64,000 nt of DNA from an uncultured Gemmatimonadales bacterium (GTDB lineage: Bacteria; Gemmatimonadota; Gemmatimonadetes; Longimicrobiales; RSA9), in contig CAWCRS010000002.1 in assembly GCA_963798085.1 (NCBI GenBank), positions 32,001-96,000 on the forward strand. Direction: 5' to 3'. A model generated the notes under the pieces. That model was given only the letters and a program-made list of their open reading frames with translations, was not told where the DNA came from and made no database searches. The first letter of the stretch is position 1. Each line of letters opens with the position of its first letter. The translations under genes and the position numbers were made by a program. Positions 59,801 to 64,000 of the stretch are shown in pieces.

Positions 59801-61306
59801 ATGCCCGGGATCTTCGTGTGCTACCGCCGTGAGGACAGCGCGGGCCACGCCGGTCGACTCTACGACCGACTGGCGCAGCATTTCGGACGGAACCGGGTGT
59901 TCCGCGATGTGGACCATCTGCGCGCGGGTCAGGATTTCGTGCAGGCCATCGCGCGCGCGGTGGGCGGTTGCGACGCGTGCGTCGTCGTCATTGGCCGTGA
60001 CTGGCTGCATAGCGTGGATGAACAGGGCCAGCGGCGTCTTGACCAGCCGGAGGATTTCGTGCGGCTGGAGCTGCAGAGCGCCCTGGAGCGGGGGATCCTC
60101 ACAGTTCCGGTGCTGGTCGACGGTGCGGCCATGGTGCGCGCCGCAGAAATGCCCGGGCCGTTGCGGGCACTGGCCAGGCGCCAGGCGGTGGAGCTGAGCG
60201 AAAGTCGCTGGGACTTCGACGTGCAGCATCTGCTGCGCGAGCTGAGTCCTGCGGTGCGACAACCGGTCGTGTCGTGGAAAAGAAGGATGGCGTGGGCTGC
60301 CGCAGCCGTGCTGGTGCTGGCGGCGGGCATCCTGGCCGCGCGGCCCTGGTGGACGCACAGCTGGTGAAGCGGGAGGACGCGGGCGATGCCCATGCGGCCG
60401 GAATGGCCGCGGAGTCGGCACAGGGAGGCCTTTCGCCCTCGGGCGACAGCGCCGCGCTGGTACTGGCCGGTCGAGACACAGTCGCCGCGCTGCCCGCGGA
60501 CAGCACGGCGCTCGACGGTGCGCGCGGCGCCGGACTCGAGCCATGCGCCGGTTCTGGTACGCGTGCCGGACCTGCGGGGCCGTCCGCTGGCGGATGCGCA
60601 GCGGGTCCTGACCGCGCGCGGCCTGCGCGTGGGCGATGTCACAGAGAGCGCGAATCACCAGTCGCTTCCCGGTTCGGTGTTCGCGCAGAGTCCCTCGCCT
60701 GACGCGAGCGTGGCGCCGGGCACGGTCGTGCAGCTCAGCGTGGAAGCGCTGGCCGCGCCTCGCCGGACCGTGCTCGCCCCGAACCTCGCCGGCATCAGCC
60801 TGAAAGCCGCCATGGACACGCTGAAGGCGCTCGGCCTGCGCGCGGGTCGCGTGCAGTACTTCACGCTGGGACAATACGCGCCGGGCACCGTGTACGGGCA
60901 GTCGGCGCGGCCCAACACGGAATTAGCGGTCGACACCGTGCTGAATCTGTGGGTGGAAGCCAAGCCGGAACGGGATGCCCTGCGCAGCGGGCGGCAGTTC
61001 CTGGCCGCCAGGCGGCTGCTGGATCTGGACTTCGACCGCGGCGCCGGCAGCGCCGGTGCAGACCTGGTGTTCGATCCACCGGCCGGATTGCGCGCGCTCA
61101 ACGGCGCCATGCTCATGGCGGCGGGAGGATACCCGTGGTACGGTCCCAAGGCCTGTTCCGCCATGAAAGCCTCAAGGCCAGTGCCGGCCACGGAGGGCAC
61201 GCAGCTCTGCGTGCGCACGAACGGCGGGCACTTCGCCATGATCCACGTACACAGCGCAGACCCGCAGGGGCGCGAGGTGGAGTTCAGCTTCACGACCTGG
61301 AAGTGA
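59801..61306 (+). CDS. Probable TIR - transmembrane - 2x PASTA protein (interrupted at 60365 in this assembly)
   Basis: TIR_2-type domain [54 protein letters not shown], then in the same frame two PASTA repeats (VPDLRG..AQSP; APNLAG..GQS). Confidence 0.75.
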
Positions 61307-61331
61307 GCCGCCAGCTGCTCCTGACAGGCCG

Positions 61332-62548
61332 TTAGCGCGGCCAGCCGGTCTGCGGCAGGCGCGGCGTGATCTTCAGCGCGTTCTGGAAATAGACCTTCTT
61401 CAGCACGCTGTCCGGCAGATCGATGCCGTAGAGCTTCCAGAACGCGTGATAGTCGCGGTAATAGTCGAAGTAGTCGTCCTTCGTCTCGAACACGCGCCAG
61501 TAGTACGGATACTCCTCCGGCTGGAACGAGTCCTTGCCGAAGAGGATGCGGTCCTGGTACTTGACGAAGAAGTCGTGCGCTGCGCGCGGCTGGCGGCCGA
61601 TGTCGTACAGCACCGCGCCGACCTCGGTGTAGACGTTGGGCATCGCGTCGAGCATCTTGCGCCAGGCGTGCCGAGGTCGTTGGCGTGCCAGCCCATGTGC
61701 GCGGCGACGAAGCGTCGTCTTCGGGATGCCGGCGGAACAGGTTGTCCCGCTCCGTCATCAGCTCCTCGAACGACGGGAAGCTGGTCCTGCGGGTAGCGGC
61801 GCTCGGCGAAGAGCGCGAGCTCGAGCCAGCGCTCGTTCGTGTAGTCGATCGGCTGGAAGAACTCCTGCGGATCGGCGGTGTGGATGAACACAGGGAGTGT
61901 TGAGCCGGGCGCACGCCTCCCAGATCGGATCGAGCTCGGGATCATCGATGCTGGAGGCGGGAGCCGTCGGGCTTGCGGATCGAGAGGCCGAAGCTCTTCG
62001 AGATCTCGCCCACGCCGACGGCACCGGCCGCGACATCGGCCTCGAGCTGCGCCACGGCTTTCTCGCGCCCAGCCCGGGCCCGACGTTGCGGAAATCGATG
62101 CCGGCGAGCGGGAACACGCGATCCTTCATCTTCGGCGAGGCGTGGATCACGGCCAGCGCGCGCTGCAGCCGGTCGCCTGACATGTTGTCCGCGGCGACCA
62201 TCAGCCGGACGTTCAGGCTGTCGAGGGCGGCGCCGAGGCTCGTCGAGACCTCCGCCGAGCCGAGCAGGCCCTGCGGATGTCCGTGGAAGTCGATGGCCGG
62301 ATACTTCGCCTGCGGCACGAGGTGCTCCGGCGTCGACGAGCGTCGAGTGCGGGCGATAGTCGAGAATGCTGGGCGGCGGCAGTGCTCGGGCGCCATGCAG
62401 TGTGCGCGGCCGGATCTCCGTCGTGCCCGGCGGGCACGATTCGCCCGGCCCTGATGGGCGTGCCCCGGCCACCGCGACCCTGTGCCGCTGCGGCATGGCA
62501 GAGGACGAACACGGCGGTCAGACCGGCAAAGCTGGCAAATCGACGCAT
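61332..62548 (-). CDS. Exported amidohydrolase_2 family protein, multiply frameshifted
   Basis: Signal peptide, KYPAIDFHGH, PVFIHTADP, AAHMGW, KYQDRILFGKD, LKKVYFQNALKI. Confidence 0.88.
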
Positions 62549-62812
62549 GGCTGCTCCTGGCGGTGTGTGCGGGGATCTTACCGATGACGGCGGCGATCGG
62601 GAAACCGATTGCGCGGCGCACCGGCCGCACCTGGCTGATCCAATCCAGCTCTCCCGTTCGAAGTTCTCGCGTGTGGCCAGCGGCAGCGCTGCGCGGGCGC
62701 GTTTCTGCCCTGCGCCGTCTCCCCCGACGAATCGCCGCGCCGCCATGCTGAGAGGAAAGCGCGCGGGCTGCGTCTCTTGTGGGTGGGAATCCACCTGCAG
62801 CCGGAGTACAGC

Positions 62813-64000
62813 ATGCGCTTGCGCAACGTGATCCTGCTCGGCCTGATCGCGATCTTCGGCTGCAAGTGCGAGGATGACGGGCCACCGACGACCTGTCCCG
62901 AGAACCCGCTGGTGTGTATTGCCCAGGCGCCCCCGATCTACGTCAATGTAGCGAGCGCATCCCATCAGCAGGCCTACATCGGCTCGGCGGTAACGGAGCC
63001 TCCCCGTATCCGTGTCACGAATGCCACTGGGGGCGAGGCCGGGTGCACTGTGATCTTCTCGGTCTATTCAGGCGGTGGGCTTCTGTTCGACGGGGGAGTT
63101 GCCCTCGAGGGATCGACTGCGAGCGTTCTCACGACGGATGCGAACGGATACGCAAACGTCCTGGCCTGGAAGGTGGGTCTGAATCCGGGCGCCAACGAAG
63201 TGAGGGTTTCCTCTCCCGTGTGTCTCAGCTCGATCGCGTCGATCATCACGATCCGCTCCAGCACGTTCACCGCCAATGCATTGCCGCTGGATGCGCAGGC
63301 CCTGGTCAAGGTGGAAGGCGATGGCCAGAGCGCAGCCGCGGGGGACACCACCGCAGTGCGGCCGCGCGTTCGTCTGACCGGCCAGCAGGGTCTGCCCGTG
63401 GCCAACCAGGCGATCCTGTTCCGGGTGGTGAGCGGCAACAGCACGATCGGCGGCCAGACGTCGGGCATCGTGATGACCGATGCCAATGGGTATGCCCGCT
63501 GTCCGCTGTGGCGCATGGGCCCGCAGCTGGCGGGCGCGGAAGTAGTCGAAGCCACGTTCGCGGGTCTGCCGGCCGTGCAATTCACTGTTAGCCCGCACGC
63601 CGGCGCACCCATGAGCATCGCAGCGGCGAGCGTGCCCGCGGGCGACGCCGGCGCGCCGGCCCAGCCGCTTCCGGAGGTGCTCGTGACGGATGCCTTTGCC
63701 AATCCCGTTGCCGACGCGGCCGTGCTGTTCGAGGTACTCGCGGGCGGCGGCACCGTCGCGGGCGGCACGCAGACATCGACTACCACGGACGCCGCCGGAA
63801 AGGCGAAGCCACTGAACTGGATCCTGGGCATGACACCGGGCCTCAACCAGCTGCGCGCCAGCGTGCTGCGCAACGGCCAGCCGGACACGGGCGTAAACGG
63901 CAATCCGGTCACCTTTGACGTAACGACGGTGTCTGGCGGCACCATTGTCGTGCAGGTGACCGTCTACGGCTTCCCGCGCGCCGGCGTCGCTGTGGTTGTG
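62813..64000 (+). CDS. Lipoprotein with repeated bacterial Ig-like domains, partial (runs off the window end)
   Basis: Manual translation from ATG 62813: MRLRNVILLGLIAIFGC lipobox, then repeats of V.F.V..GGG..TDANG.A..W..G..PG.N; the frame is open at 64000. Confidence 0.82.
   Translation, partial: MRLRNVILLGLIAIFGCKCEDDGPPTTCPENPLVCIAQAPPIYVNVASASHQQAYIGSAVTEPPRIRVTNATGGEAGCTVIFSVYSGGGLLFDGGVALEGSTASVLTTDANGYANVLAWKVGLNPGANEVRVSSPVCLSSIASIITIRSSTFTANALPLDAQALVKVEGDGQSAAAGDTTAVRPRVRLTGQQGLPVANQAILFRVVSGNSTIGGQTSGIVMTDANGYARCPLWRMGPQLAGAEVVEATFAGLPAVQFTVSPHAGAPMSIAAASVPAGDAGAPAQPLPEVLVTDAFANPVADAAVLFEVLAGGGTVAGGTQTSTTTDAAGKAKPLNWILGMTPGLNQLRASVLRNGQPDTGVNGNPVTFDVTTVSGGTIVVQVTVYGFPRAGVAVVV

Overview
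High-GC bacterial chromosomal segment, probably Gemmatimonadota (inferred from gene content: SprA-like protein, BlaI/M56-TonB, HEAT + HD-GYP pair, Big-domain lipoprotein). It is mostly housekeeping and envelope genes: partial sprA, lptF/lptG, dapF, a yitJ-like methyltransferase/MTHFR, metH, a PAS/GAF histidine kinase, pepP, thyX, D-aminoacylase, PQQ dehydrogenase, thrC, two ECF sigma/anti-sigma pairs, holA, four tandem M16 peptidases, apgM, ppk2 and others. Many genes from about 11.3 kb onward carry small frameshifts that look like assembly indels rather than decay. No rRNA, tRNA, CRISPR array or transposase was recognised. Main observations: (1) a family of ~40-nt inverted-repeat arms (13-nt period) at four loci, one pair enclosing a four-helix-bundle (Avd/IVP-like) gene whose RBS sits in a hairpin, and one pair inserted inside the metH coding sequence; (2) a probable TIR-transmembrane-PASTA-PASTA receptor; (3) a SAM-II-like riboswitch with a terminator/antiterminator upstream of metH; (4) a DapF with both catalytic Cys replaced by Ser; (5) dense D-(S/T)-hydrophobic motifs in exported proteins, matching the Bacteroidota O-glycosylation sequon. 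All protein calls come from motif recognition by eye, without database searches.
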